Source of the DNA: Fistulifera solaris | Lineage: Eukaryota | Direction: 5' to 3' | Assembly: GCA_030295235.1 (NCBI GenBank) | Contig: AP026139.1 | Coordinates: 434,001-498,000, forward strand | DNA: 64,000 nucleotides | Shown here: piece after piece, positions 33,602 through 46,133 of the stretch | How positions within the stretch are numbered: position 1 is the stretch's first letter | How the letters are laid out: each line of letters starts with the position of its first letter | Program-made: the position numbers and the translations under genes | The notes under the pieces: model-generated | What the model was told of the DNA's origin: nothing | What the model saw: only the letters and a program-made list of their open reading frames with translations | Database searches by the model: none

Positions 33602-35601
33602 TCAGTCGAAAAGAAACTGATCTTCATTTTCTACTCGAAGTATGCTTCCCTCAGGTAGAGTCTTAATTAGCTCATCTAGCGCCATTTTGACGTTTCGATC
33701 CATCAGGTCCTTGCTCGAAAATCCCTCCCTCTTTGTTACCGTCGAGTTCCGTACTCCAGTCATGGCAGGCAGTAGACGGCCTTCTACCGTGATCACGGTC
33801 TTGACTTCGGGATGACTTAAGTACGGGTAGCTCCCAATCGTTACACTAGGATGATTCTCAACTACTTTGTTGAGGACAGACACAATCAAGTTTTCGTCCA
33901 CCGACAGAACAACTTTGTACGCTTCGCTGCGCTCTAGCTGACATGACAAGTACTCTGCCACGTTCTCGATTTTCTTCTCAAAAAATTCGGGGACACCAGG
34001 AAGAATAAATATATTTTGACATTGCAGAACAGGCCAATCTTTCGGATTCTCCGACAAGTACCGCAACTTGGAAGTTCGAGGAAGTGTCGCCATTTTCACT
34101 TGTGCTTCTGTGAGTTCAGCGGAATGATCCGTGTTCATCTTGTCTCGCAACAAATCCACCATTTCATCGTGGAGCTCCAGGTCACATTGTAATGCTGCGG
34201 CCACGCTTTTGATCGTTACATCGTCGTGAGTAGGACCAACTCCTCCTGAAGTAATAATAATATCCACTTGTTGCTCAAGTCGCTGAATCTCGTGACAAAT
34301 GTCTTCAAGATCATCCGAAACTACCACCACGCGTTTTAAATGAACATTGTGCTTCCGAAGCGCCTTGGCTGCCGCATGTGTGTTGGTGTCGGCTGTTCGA
34401 CCCTTCAGAATCTCATCTCCGATCACCAGCATGCCCACAGTACGAGGTGAATCGTTGTCAGGCTGATAGGAAACACAAGATTCGTCTTCTGCCTGATCTG
34501 GAACTGTAACACCGTTCTGCGTTGGCTTGACGATAGAGTAGGACGACAAATGAGCGCTCGAAGACTCAGGCGAAGACAATTCAGTTTGTTGCACGGTGCT
34601 ATTGCTTGCTTTTGCCTTTTGCTTTGATATTCTTCCTGCTCGCTCCTGATCGTAGTCTCGCAGCATATATGCCGGCCAGTATTCTGGGACATTACAGTCT
34701 GCATCTCCCTCATGTATACCAGCTACCGCTAACGCTGGGCAAGGCAACGTATCAAGCACAGTCCCCAAGCTTGTATATCCTTGATCGTACAAGGGGCAAT
34801 ACGGCAAATGAAAGAAACGTAGGAAGTGCCAAATATGTCCGTAGGACCAGTCTAAAATTGGATTGACGCGCATGAATGGAGGCATGTAGGAACTGCTCGG
34901 AGCAAAATTCCCTGATCCCCGGCGTTCGGATCAGTTGTTCGAGTACCGAGCACAAAAGCCATGGGTGATGTTTGTGAGGAAGAAAGGTCCAAGCAATTGT
35001 TCGAGACCAGCACATCCAATCCTTCCGCAAATTTTACTCCCCGTTCAAAAGCAATCATTTCGAGCTCATAATCCTCCACTGATTGCCGTACAAACGCCAG
35101 GATTTCCTGAAACTCGTCGGGATTATCAAAATAGATAACGCGAGGACGATAACGTGGAACGTGTGGATTTTCAACATAGTAATGGGCCAGGGCGGCTCGT
35201 AGTAAATGTAAGATGGCTACAGCATCTTTGCCCCCATTAAAGGAGCAAATCACAGAAGCCGCTCCGTACAAGCGCAGTGCTTGATGAAGCACTTTTAACG
35301 ATGATTCAAAGTAGTCTTTGATATAGCTGTCATTGCATTGAGTAAGCTTTTGATAGAGCGTGTGCGCATCGAGGATCTGAGCTTCCGTCCAGAGTCCTCG
35401 GTGTTGCAGAGCCGCCGCAGGATTTTCTCGATCCAACGTTCGCCAAGAAGGTATCGTTTCCTGACAGCGAATAGTCGCCATAGTAGCAGTTTTTTCGACG
35501 GCAATAGCGTTTCTGAAACGATGGGGAGCGAGGAAAGCGTTCGATTGGAGGAGTAGAGCTAATAAAAAAACGACCGAAAGCACGTATCTTGTTGTAAGCA
35601 T
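33602..35601 (-). CDS. FAD synthase (PAPS-reductase fold) fused to a C-terminal molybdopterin-binding/CinA-like domain
   Basis: SFNGGKD, GTRTTDP, RVNPILDWSY, YCPLYDQGYTSLG and ERAGR, then IGDEILKG...DTN and SGGVGPTHDDVT; frameshift at ~34910. Confidence 0.92.
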
Positions 35602-35936
35602 ATTCGAGGATTCTCGCAGCTAATTTCTCGTTCCTTGCTCCGCAAACAATCTCCGTTATTGCCGTTGCTATCTCGTGATGAATTCTGATCGGCAATTCTT
35701 CTTTTCTCAACAAATGGCAAGAACAACAACGACCCGAGTCTCAAAAAGTAAAAAGACAACAGAATTTTTCGCCAACTGTCACCGTCACAACTTATTTACT
35801 CTAAGGTTTAGTGTTAATGTTACCAGGGACTCAAAAAGTCGCGATGATGGTTCGCGCGAGGCTTAACGATACAGCGCAAATAATAATAAAGTTTCAGTTC
35901 CAGTCCGGCTGTATGAAATCGATTAGCTACATCAAT

Positions 35937-36705
35937 CTACTTATGAATCGCAATTTTCTTTCGCTTCTTTCTGCATGGCAGTAACTGCCGCAAGACAGTA
36001 CGGGGAACTGCCACAAACAAACCGACTTGATCTTCAAGTGTTAACGCATTGAATCGACCGCCGACCGTATTCTGATCAGTTTCGTCTTCAACTATATCTT
36101 TGGAAACCGCGGCAGCCATCCGATTCGCAAATCGAAGTGCACCACGGCAGTATTTCAGAACATCAATGATGTAACGATGTCCGAGATCGCCTTCATTCTT
36201 TGCACCAGAAAGTCTCACTGTCACCTTTTCTCTCAGTCGTACATTCGATGAAAAGCTCGCTATAATGTCCGGTGGCGCTGCAATAAAATCCTTTTTCTCT
36301 TCGCTTTGTAAGTAAACATTCCTGTTGCGATCTAATACATGCTGGACTCCTTCACAATAATCGTTCACCGCAGACATTTTAAAGTTGGGACACGCCGATT
36401 TCATTCAATTGTGAAAGCGTAAGGTTGCTTCTTTGTACATGCTGTAGTATCCGCCACTTTCGACTGTGGCAGAGTTATAAGGTTCCACTTTCTTGCCGTG
36501 AAATGTGCCCGGGGTGAACTGTTTCAGAGACGGCGGCTGCCCGCTCTGAAGCACAGCCGGCGAATCTGACTTTTGCGGGCCTTTTCCCTTGCCCCTTTTT
36601 CTTGTTGTTAGTGGGCTCGCAGGATCCAGATTTGTTATTTCGAACAACGTCGATGGTGGTGTTGGTGACGGTGTTTTTGTTGCGTTTCTCGCGCGCGTCG
36701 TTCAC
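35937..36705 (-). pseudogene. DUF6604-like family, copy A (N-terminal fragment)
   Basis: YYSMYKEATLRFHN*MK (TGA at 36405-36407 where Trp is expected), PPDII....RLREKV, GHRYIIDVL and GRFNALTLED; truncated after that. Confidence 0.7.
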
Positions 36706-36928
36706 AATCTCAGAAACGAGACAATAACGTACCGGTATTACTGTGTCGGAATAATGAAGACGTACCGGTACCGATACTGTAATAAGAGTCTGTGTTCGCT
36801 AAGGTTAGGTAATACGAGCCCATTAATCCAAGAGAGTAATAAGTTATAAGTAATCGACTCCTAACGTTTTAAACATTGTGCTTCCCAAGCATTTCAAACG
36901 CACAGTCGTTCCTCTTTTACATTTTAAC

Positions 36929-39480
36929 TCACACGGATGTTGCTTCCAAGGGTTGAACCCAAATGATGTAGCGTGTTTTATCGACCTTGTCGAAGAATGA
37001 CTTGGTAAAAACGGACACTTTATCCAGATCGAATTCCGGAATTAACTGGTCGGTGCAGTCCCTATCAATACATGACAAGAGACGCCCCCACATGCTGCTC
37101 AAAGCCATGTCTTTCACATTCAATTCGGACATAGAGCTTTCGCCTAGGCGAGCCCCTCGGTAATTTTTAGCAACTTCTTCCATCATATCCGCCCATCCCA
37201 TATGATCAGACAAAGCGTCCATAAAGTCTAGTAAAATCGATCCAACTACAGCAAAATTCACTGGAAGAACATTATTGCCATCTTCTTCCATAGCATCACG
37301 AATCATTTTGAATCTTGCCAAGAGATCAACCATGAAATCTTGATGCTTACCCGCTTCACTCAACTCCTTGTTAGCGGTAGACTGGGGAGTATAAGATCTG
37401 TAATCGTGCTGAATGAGGCGTCGATATGAGGCGCTAAACTCATCGGGCCAAATCCTGTCCATCGTGCTGTTCATGTCCCAGTAAAAGGAGTCAATGAGAG
37501 AACATTCTTTCAGTTTAGCCGGTGACAATAAAATATATTCTTACCTCCTCATATCGTACTTCCCGCTCAAAGAACCAAAAGAGGAAGCGTTCTTGTTCGC
37601 TGCATGTTCCGAAGCGAGTTTTTCGGCTCGCCTGGCATTCATTCCCCAGGATACCCAAAATGCCTTGGCACAGGACCCCTTTTCAGGCTTTGCTCCAAAC
37701 CATACCGCTCTGGTGCCTTTAAATACCGTGTCCATACTTGCCAGAAAAGGAATATTTAAAGTTGGCTCGCGGAGCATCAGCCAATTGTACAAGTGAAGAA
37801 TAAATCGCAACTGACCTAACGAATCAACAGTTGCCGAACCAGCCCCGATGCAACACATATAAGTTGCATAAAGCATGAATCCTCCCCCCGAAAACAGGGT
37901 TCCAGAAGGCAAAACTTTCAGACAATTTCAACCAAGCCGCGTCTGGGCCCACTGCTTGACCATGTTCAACAGGAACGGGTTCTACGAGACTCGCAAGCCA
38001 CCCAAAGTTGTCGACAATGGTGTAAAATTGAGGCGTATTCTTGGGTGACTTGCTTAAGTCCACAGCGATCTCCCACTGTTGGAACAGCATATTGTAGGAT
38101 CTCTTGGATTGCTCAGCAACTCGGGCTAAGTGACCATTTCCTTGAAGTACAAACATAGACATTAAAACCGCGTGCACACCGAAAGACAGTGCGACGGGCA
38201 CTGGTTTTGTCTGATCGCCTCGTACGTATACATGGAATAGGTCAAGAGTTGTTATTAACTGCGACCGGTCCGGCAATCGATCCAACGGTCGAACCCTAGA
38301 CACTGCCCACAGTTCTGGTATGATCATTCAAACAAGCGGATCATCCAGATCACCTCGAATGCGGCGAGCAGGACTATTATCTTCGTCAAATGGCGGCCCC
38401 CAATAACCAGGTTTTTTGTTAGGTGCTACCATACTATTCAGGGCACCAGTAACCTCCTAAAGAAGCTTTTGCGTATTCAAAATACAGTAATCACCTCCAA
38501 TATTCTCGCATTGACCGAGCCAAAGATGGGTGTCGGCTTCTGTAGCTTTTAAACCATCTTTTGCATCATTTCCATGTACGTCAGGACTTCGATGGAGGTG
38601 GAACCAGAAATTTCATCTACCGTGTTTGCAACGTATTGCAAGTCCAAACCTGATTTTTTGACGAAACGGTTCACTGCAGCCGAGAAAGCTTTATTCGAAA
38701 CGTGATCTTTTCGAAGAAATGAATACTCAGTAATTTTAGCCACAAATTCTAGGGCCATGTGTGGATGCTTCTTTCTTAGAGCTTTATCCATGAGTTGGTT
38801 GATCTTTGCCACAGAATCCGTCAGAAACACGATTGCCAATACGTGATAAAACGACGAAATATGAGGATGCTCGAGCGCCAGTTCGTTTTCAGCGCGATTG
38901 ATGCTGTCGACGGCAAGATTCGTGAAAACTGCACACTCTAGTAGCAGTTTCATGCAACTCGAAGATTGATTCATGCACTCTTTCAACCGCCCGTGTTGTT
39001 CCTTGATTGCACCCATCAAATCCTCCATAGTACTTAGAAGAGCCATTGCTTGGAATCGATCGTCACCATTGAGAAGAGCATCATTAATATCGATCTCTTC
39101 TTCCTCTGTCACTCCAGCGTATTTCAGCAAGCTTCCGTCCTCAACAGCACGATGAACAGCATCCCAATCGATGACTTCATCTTCTTCATCGTCCTCCAGT
39201 GTCAATGTAGTAAAGCGCCCATCGAAATCCCTTTGATCATTGTCGTTGTTGCGGCTCATTTTTCTATAAGCGGACGTGGCTAACTTATTTGACCATGAAA
39301 GATTTTCTCGGAATCCTTTCGGATTTTCGATGAAACCTTGATGCCCGCTATCTTCTCTCTTGGATCCAAAACACCGGGCTGAAACTTTTTCGCGCAATCG
39401 TATACACGATGCTAAAGTCGCCATAATTTCGGGCGGCACGACAATGGGGTCCTTTTCTTTCTTGAAGTGTACATCACAAT
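36929..39480 (-). pseudogene. DUF6604-like family, copy B (near full length, N-terminus missing)
   Basis: PPEIM....RLREKV, GRFTTLTLED, EHPHISSFYH, PGYWGPPFDE and PVPVALSFGVH. Nonsense codons at 38457-38459 (TAG) and 38328-38330 (TGA), frameshifts, and a putative intron at 37455-37544. Confidence 0.8.
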
Positions 39481-39599
39481 TAGAACTTCTTTCTGCCGAG
39501 CAGCATCTTCAGTCATACTCGCCCAGCCCATGTAGGACATGGCTTTCATCTTCGTCGAAGGCATCGCAAATGGCGCCAATTCGTAAAGACGTCAACAAG

Positions 39600-40470
39600 A
39601 AAGTTGTCGTATCCTTTTGCCCTGATATTTCCCTCGCTTGCATACGCGATTTCGTATGAGTAGTAGTTGTGCCAGAATGGTGAACCATTTTGTAGAAAAC
39701 AGGAGTGTTGACAGATGATCTGCTTCGATCCGACAAGTCCCGCAACTGTGCGAAAAGCATCTCGTACGAATGTTTTGCCGAAGTAGTAAGAAGTGCAAGG
39801 TCTCCATCTCCTTGGAGCACAAAAATTGACATCAGCACCGAATGCAAACCGAAGGACAAAGCAATAGGCACTGGCTTTGTAAGATCACCTTTGACATGTT
39901 TTCGTAAGAGGTCGAGGACTGTAAACAAGCGTGCCCCGTCTGGAACTTTGTCAATGGGTTTCATTGTACAATGGTACAACAGGCCCGGCAATGATGCGTG
40001 ACATAAAGAGATCTTCAAGATCACTCCGTATGCGGCCAGCACTACTGTCGATTTTTGTCAAATGGTGCACCCCAATATCCAGGTTGCCAAGCCACAAAAC
40101 CTTTCTCCTTCGAAATACCCATCCTTGTTTGAAGAAGCTTTTGGGTATTCAACCAAGAAAAATCACCTCCAATATTGTCAAAGTGATCCAGCGACAAGAA
40201 AAGCGGCACAGCATTGCCAGCACGGCAGCACATTCCAATACAACTTGCATGCAACGCAAAGATGAGGGGTATTTTTCGCGCATGTACTTTTGAGTTTCAT
40301 GTAGTGGAGCGCAACTTGACCCATAAAATCATTCATCGTCAAGAAAAGAGCAATGGCTTGAAATCGGTCGTCGCCCTTGACCAGTTTTTCAGCAATGCCA
40401 ATTTCTTTCTCCACTCCCGTGTATTTCGGTAAATTGCCTTCTTTGACATCACAATTGAAATCTTCCCACC
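39600..40470 (-). pseudogene. DUF6604-like family, copy C fragments
   Basis: KGDDRFQAIAL, NIGGDFSWLNTQKLL, PGYWGAPFD and KPVPIALSFGLH match copy B; stops, frameshifts and an internal jump at ~40205. Confidence 0.78.
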
Positions 40471-41050
40471 GAAAGTGTGAACCAAGCCAAGATTGAGCTC
40501 ACGATGGAGCATCCTCATCTGTCGTCCTTTTATCATATCCTTGTTTTGTTTATTTTGGCGCACGTTATATTGGATATCAGCAAATTGATCGACAAGAAGC
40601 AATTGGAGAAGAATCCCCACATGGGTCTGCAGTTTTTGGTAGAGATTGTTGAGTCTTCGTTTCGCGAGAAACTCGTACACAAGATAGATCCACGCACTCT
40701 CTATGCATCGGTTTGTCAAGAGATCGGGTTTGTACCTACAGTACGTGAATAACACTGCGGACATGATTCGAGCGCAAACTTTTACGGAGACATTTCTCGA
40801 AATGGAAAGGCGAATGCTGAGCAAATTTGGTGTTCGTCGCATGATGTGTAACTCGAAAACACACATGTGGCTGATTCTGTTTGAGAACATAGGAGGAGAC
40901 TTTAACACATTTGAATACCCATGAGTTGCTTCAGATGACGCTGAACGAGATGAGAAGCATGGTAACACCTGCAACACTACCAGGGATATGGGGACCACCA
41001 TTCAACGAGATTAACAGTCGGCCTCGTCGCAAATGGCGTAGTATCCTCCA
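40471..41050 (+). pseudogene. DUF6604-like family, copy D fragment on the opposite strand
   Basis: ESVNQAKIELTMEHPHLSSFYH, HRFVKRSGL, ENIGGD and PGIWGPPFNE; frameshifted. Confidence 0.78.
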
Positions 41051-41477
41051 TTTTCGACGGTTGACGCTACTTAACTATGAAAAGTCGGTAGTGCGTTTTG
41101 TATGCTCTTCCGTAACCACGGCTGCGCTGATTCGCTCCTCTAGAAGATTCCGATGACGGCTTGCGGTCTTCTTTTTGTTGTTGTGTGCTTTCTTGTTGTT
41201 CGGCATGATTTATTCCCAATTGCAATGATAGAAGAAGTTGAACTTCTCGACAAGCACATAACTTTTCTCGCAAAAAGTCCGCGACGGATCTTTTTCGTCC
41301 GTGCGTTCGCGGTTCACGCTTCACGCTTCGCGGCATTAAAACGTACACAGTACGGACGACGGACGCTTCAGCTTCAACAAAACATTCTCGTTAATTTTGT
41401 ATAAAAATCGTCACCATACCAGTAGCATTCTTTCATTCAATCCGTTGTGCATGCAATTTCAACCCAATAAACAAAAC

Positions 41478-41822
41478 ATGACGAAATTTACATCGCTCTT
41501 ATTACTGGTTTTAGCGGTCAGCGCATGCACTGCCTTCATGATGCCAACGCGCTGCAATACTTTCCCAAGAAGTCGTCGGTCGGCCGAAAACCAGGACGAG
41601 AAATTGAAACAATTGGGGTTTTCCGACAATGAAATACAACGCAAGGAAAGCGATTTTCAACAGCCCACCGTCCGTGTCGATTTGATTGAAGATGTGGACC
41701 CGATTACCTTGACGGCGATCGGTTTTGCCTTGATTGCGGCTAATTTTTTGATTTTTGCGAATTTGGGGGATGGGGGTATTGCTGGACTCGTGGCGACCGT
41801 TATCAACATGTCAAGGCAATAA
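41478..41822 (+). CDS. Small plastid-targeted membrane protein
   Basis: Signal peptide ending CTA-F and a C-terminal TM region (DVDPITLTAIGFALIAANFLIFANLGDGG). Confidence 0.78.
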   Translation: MTKFTSLLLLVLAVSACTAFMMPTRCNTFPRSRRSAENQDEKLKQLGFSDNEIQRKESDFQQPTVRVDLIEDVDPITLTAIGFALIAANFLIFANLGDGGIAGLVATVINMSRQ

Positions 41823-41936
41823 AAATGCGAATGGCTAAACAGAATAGTAAGAATGCCGATTTGCGGTTAGGGTTAGGAGCAGAAAGAGCGCGAATACGGC
41901 TTCACGAAATACTAATATACAGCAGTTGTAATCTAC

Positions 41937-43733
41937 TCATCTACTTTTTCGGAGACGATTTCTCCAAACAGCAGGAAATAACTCGTCCGGAATCGAAACT
42001 TCGTGACGAAACGACCAATATTGAGCATGATCACGTGTGTACGGCACATCGCGAAAAACAAACGCATCCCGTGGAAGATCCCATAACACTTCCTTCACTC
42101 GCAGAAAGCACATCTCAGTGCTCTTCTTGTCTATCCATGTCACAATTTCGGCCACGTAGCGCAGATCGTTCGTTCGTAGTCGAATCCGACAGCGATGATG
42201 TTCTTTTTCGGAAGGTCGTAATCCTCTCATGAGTCGATACTCTTCTCGACACATCAATTCAACACTTAAAGGATGTTTTGTAGTTCGACTGCTGAATTCT
42301 TCGGCAATAGTGGGTAAAATGCTGTCGAAGTTCGCATTGAGATCGACTTCGGTGACACCCGGATCGTCGTGTGGTTTCCACTGAGTGACATGTTGCTTCC
42401 ATGCGGCGACCCACGCGGGACCGTAATCGAGAAAAATCTCTTCACCTTCGGCAATGTCACGCATTGCAATGTATTCCCATGTCAACCCAGCCGTGTATTG
42501 ATAGGCCCACTCTCCGATGGGCTGCTCCAGCCATTCCGGTCGCAAGGTTAGTTTGTGACTCCAAGCAATGCGCACATTTGGTTTGGCGGCGTGATTGATC
42601 GCGCTGGTCGCCACCCGTATGGACACAACAACAAGGTACTGTCGGGATGACCGAAACAATAATTGAGTAACAATTGTTGATGTACAATCGGTCCACCACC
42701 GACGGATCGAATATCGTGCATTTTCATGATCGACCGATCGGGAATGTGCAAGAGAGAACCGCCGCGACGACATGTCCCTCTGGAATGGTTTGTGTCGCAA
42801 AGGCTCCCCGTCCCGCTTGTTTTACGGTACTCGGACGAATGTGCAAATTTCCGACACACGTCCCCTGCTCTCGCAACCAGGATAAAGATCGAATGCTGCG
42901 TGCTTGATCGACCGTGACGGTTCCGTTGGCAGCTAAATTTCGAACAGTCTCTATAAAATCCGTGGAATCCGACAAGTCCGGCAATGCTCGGAGGGTCCGA
43001 CTGGGCCAGGTATTCGATACATTGGTGCGTATGAAATGATACAAATCGGACAAGACGGCTGACGGAATAAAGGATCGCGAATCAGGAAGAAACTCATCTA
43101 CCAAATCCTCTAGCAATTCATCGGCCAACTCAAACGACTCCGGAAACGGCACCATCCCAATCGATGCGATACGCGTATCTTGTAAAAAGTAATCACGTCC
43201 GTAATCCACAAACAATTCTTGTCCGGCTTGAACATCATTGATCGCATAACCGTACCGATCATAATACGGAGTAAAGGCCCCTACACCTGGATCATGACGT
43301 CGCGACAACCCCGCCGTATCGAAACGATTGAGACTTTCGTCCACTTGAATGGAAGAAAACAAACAATTCGGTAAAGCACCAATTCCAAAGGATGCCCCAA
43401 ATACTTCATGACCTTCTTCTTGCATCCGCAAAAGGAATGATCCGCCCACGTGTATTCATCCCACACAAACAAATGATCGTGATCGAAGGAATCGACGTCA
43501 TTGTGCCAGTGCATATCCAGCAAAGGAACCGTCAAATCACCGGGTGTGATGATTTCGTGTAGCGCATACGACTTTCCCGCAAAGAGACCCAAGCCAGCAC
43601 CCGGAATCGTCGAGGGAGCGATCCATAAGGAACATTCAGGAACATCGGGAGGATGGGCGTGTGTCGTAGTTGTTGAGTGTAGTAGGAGTAGTGCTATGAC
43701 AAGTCGTCGGCGATAATTCGAAGCATGAGACAT
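41937..43733 (-). CDS. Signal-peptide-bearing double SET-domain protein (diatom BacSET-type; frameshifted)
   Basis: APSTIPGAGLGLFAG...GQELFVDYG (SET1) and PSTVKQAGRGAFAT...INHA...GEEIFLDYG (SET2); N-terminal signal peptide; about 3 indels. Confidence 0.85.
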
Positions 43734-44170
43734 CGTGCTCGGACTATTTTTCACCTTTCTTTTCTTTTGTTTGTTTAGATTGCGGAGTGAATGAAGATAC
43801 CAGGTAATAAGGTTCGTAAAAGTGCCGAAGCGAAAGGATAAACAAAACGCGATTTGATGCGAATAATGAGGAGAGCCGTTGGCAAAGCGCCAGAGGCGGC
43901 GTGCTAGCTGGACCTCCTATGCATAAAATGTAAAAACGTCGTAGAAGAAAAAATGGAGTTGCATGTTTTGAAAGAAGGTGTGTGTCGGTACTGTTCACTT
44001 GATACAATGCCATCAACCAACCTGTTTCGCGTGAAAACACCATCAAAACAAATAATGGCGTGTATTGGCTGTGCGAATGAATATTTTCATCATCAAATAA
44101 TAATATCATCGTAGACATTGTAGATTTTTGACATTCATCATCCTATTATACTACAAACAAAACAAAACAC

Positions 44171-44653
44171 ATGGACCCACCCGCACCCTTCCACCCGACG
44201 GCGACGCGTCGTTCGCGCGTGCAAGTCGGTGTCGGTGTCGTCGTCGTACGACCCGAAGACGGTCACGTGTATGTGGGGATTCGACGCAACAGTCACGGTG
44301 CCGGCTTGTTGGCCTTACCGGGAGGGCATTTGGAAATGTACGAAGAGTGGGAGAATTGTGCGCGTCGAGAAGTCGAGGAAGAAATGAATCTGTCACTCGA
44401 TGACGTGCAGTTTCTGCACGTCACCAACGATCCCATGCCAAATGACAACAAACATTACGTAACCATCTTCATGATGGGGACTGCCACAGGAGAACCCGTT
44501 AATGCGGAACCTCATAAGTGTGAAGGATGGTATGCGTTCGAGTGGATTGATCTGATGCAACGAAATGACGATCTCTTTGGGCCATTACTGAATTTAGTAC
44601 GGGACAATCCTTCCTCCTTGCAGCAATATATACAACAAGTGCTTCAAAGATAG
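44171..44653 (+). CDS. Nudix hydrolase (NUDT15-like)
   Basis: Nudix box GGHLEMYEEWENCARREVEEE, HYVTIFM and EPHKCEGW. Confidence 0.92.
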   Translation: MDPPAPFHPTATRRSRVQVGVGVVVVRPEDGHVYVGIRRNSHGAGLLALPGGHLEMYEEWENCARREVEEEMNLSLDDVQFLHVTNDPMPNDNKHYVTIFMMGTATGEPVNAEPHKCEGWYAFEWIDLMQRNDDLFGPLLNLVRDNPSSLQQYIQQVLQR

Positions 44654-44746
44654 ACAGAAAAATACTGGGGTAAAAAAGAGATATCGACAGACTTTATTTT
44701 TCTTTCGTTTTTCTTCGCTGCTTTGATGTAGCGATTCTTTGATGTG

Positions 44747-45697
44747 TTAAAGATGATGTTGAAGACCCAGCGAATAATACATTCCGACCGCGACAATCAC
44801 CGCAACGCCACACATAAAGCCATTGTTGTGAGCAAAAAGTGGTTTAGTCTGCGGTTTCCAAGTTTCATCCGTCGATCGTGGACTCGCCACGAGAGCCGGG
44901 GGTGCATCCCAAACGTCACATTTGTGCTCATCTCGCAAAGCACACGGCTTGGAGACAATCTTTGTTTGTACCTGTTTTGTCATGTCGTGATCGTCGCCTC
45001 GACTTGGCATGGCTAATTTAGATGCTTCATCTTCGTACGTAAAAGATGAAGTAGAAGTACTCGTCTCTTCGTTCTCACCGTCGGTGTCAAAACCCTCTGC
45101 TGAAATACAATCGACAAAAGCACCAGGTTTGACATACACCGCAACCTGTTCGGCGGTAGGAGTACATCTGGCATCGACCTGTTGTGCCACAATACTATTC
45201 GGCAGACACTTTTCGTGAGCATAGGTCACGTCATTTCCCAACGATTCGACCGATGGTAGTGGTGAAGCACCCGTTTGTACATACTCCTGCAAATTTATTT
45301 CAATCTGTTGCGCCGCATCACTGACCGGAATCTCCAACTCGGGTAATTCGACGCGAGTAGAGAATCTCACCGTCGTATCTGGACTCACGGAATGACGTGG
45401 ATGCATCGTTTCTCGTTGGCGAGATTCTCTGCGCCATTTTGTAATGGAGAGATAAATCGCATCGAGTGGTGATATCTCTCGATTCGCCGAAACCTTCGTC
45501 GTTGTCGTCATCATCGTGGTAGTCAGGCGCTTTATCATAGGATCTTTTTGCAGTGCTACCTTGGCGACTTGTTCATTGAAATGGCGATTGAGTTGTTTCG
45601 TTAAACCTCGTTGTCGAAGCGCTTCAAGCTCGGATTGTCGTTCCGTCGGCGTGAATGTTCGGGTGGAGACGGTCGCTGGAGATTCGTTTCGGTTCAT
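44747..45697 (-). CDS. Hypothetical tail-anchored protein
   Basis: 316-aa ORF, largely low-complexity, with a single C-terminal hydrophobic helix. Confidence 0.65.
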   Translation of the reverse strand: MNRNESPATVSTRTFTPTERQSELEALRQRGLTKQLNRHFNEQVAKVALQKDPMIKRLTTTMMTTTTKVSANREISPLDAIYLSITKWRRESRQRETMHPRHSVSPDTTVRFSTRVELPELEIPVSDAAQQIEINLQEYVQTGASPLPSVESLGNDVTYAHEKCLPNSIVAQQVDARCTPTAEQVAVYVKPGAFVDCISAEGFDTDGENEETSTSTSSFTYEDEASKLAMPSRGDDHDMTKQVQTKIVSKPCALRDEHKCDVWDAPPALVASPRSTDETWKPQTKPLFAHNNGFMCGVAVIVAVGMYYSLGLQHHL

Positions 45698-46133
45698 GCT
45701 TGTAGTTTATGAATAAGGCAATGAGTAATGAATGCTTCTTATTATGAAAAGATGGATTACAGCTCCCGCACCTCTGCCACGATTTTGTGGATTGAACGAC
45801 GCCTGATTTTGATGGGGGTGAAAATGACACGAGGCTCTTGCGTGAAGAGTCAAGAGTGATAAAGAGTGAAGATCGATTTTGAAAAGGAGACGGCTCGATT
45901 GACATTCTTTCGTGTACATCTGACTCCAAACTATTTGTCCGTTGAAAAAGTTACCGTTTTCGTTTCTGCGCCGGCGGCGTCACACTATGTACTCCGTAGC
46001 CATTCACGCACTCCCCATCGATTGAGTCACGAATACCTGCAATAATTGTTGCATCAATTATTATTATTCGCCCACTTCTTTTCAACTATCCCTTTTTCTC
46101 AGCAATCAGCACAATACAAATCCCTACATTACC

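Noticed and set aside
36405..36407. In-frame TGA as selenocysteine or reassigned Trp
   Set aside because: The same family also has TAG stops, frameshifts and truncations; TGA is a normal stop in neighbouring genes; no SECIS recognised.
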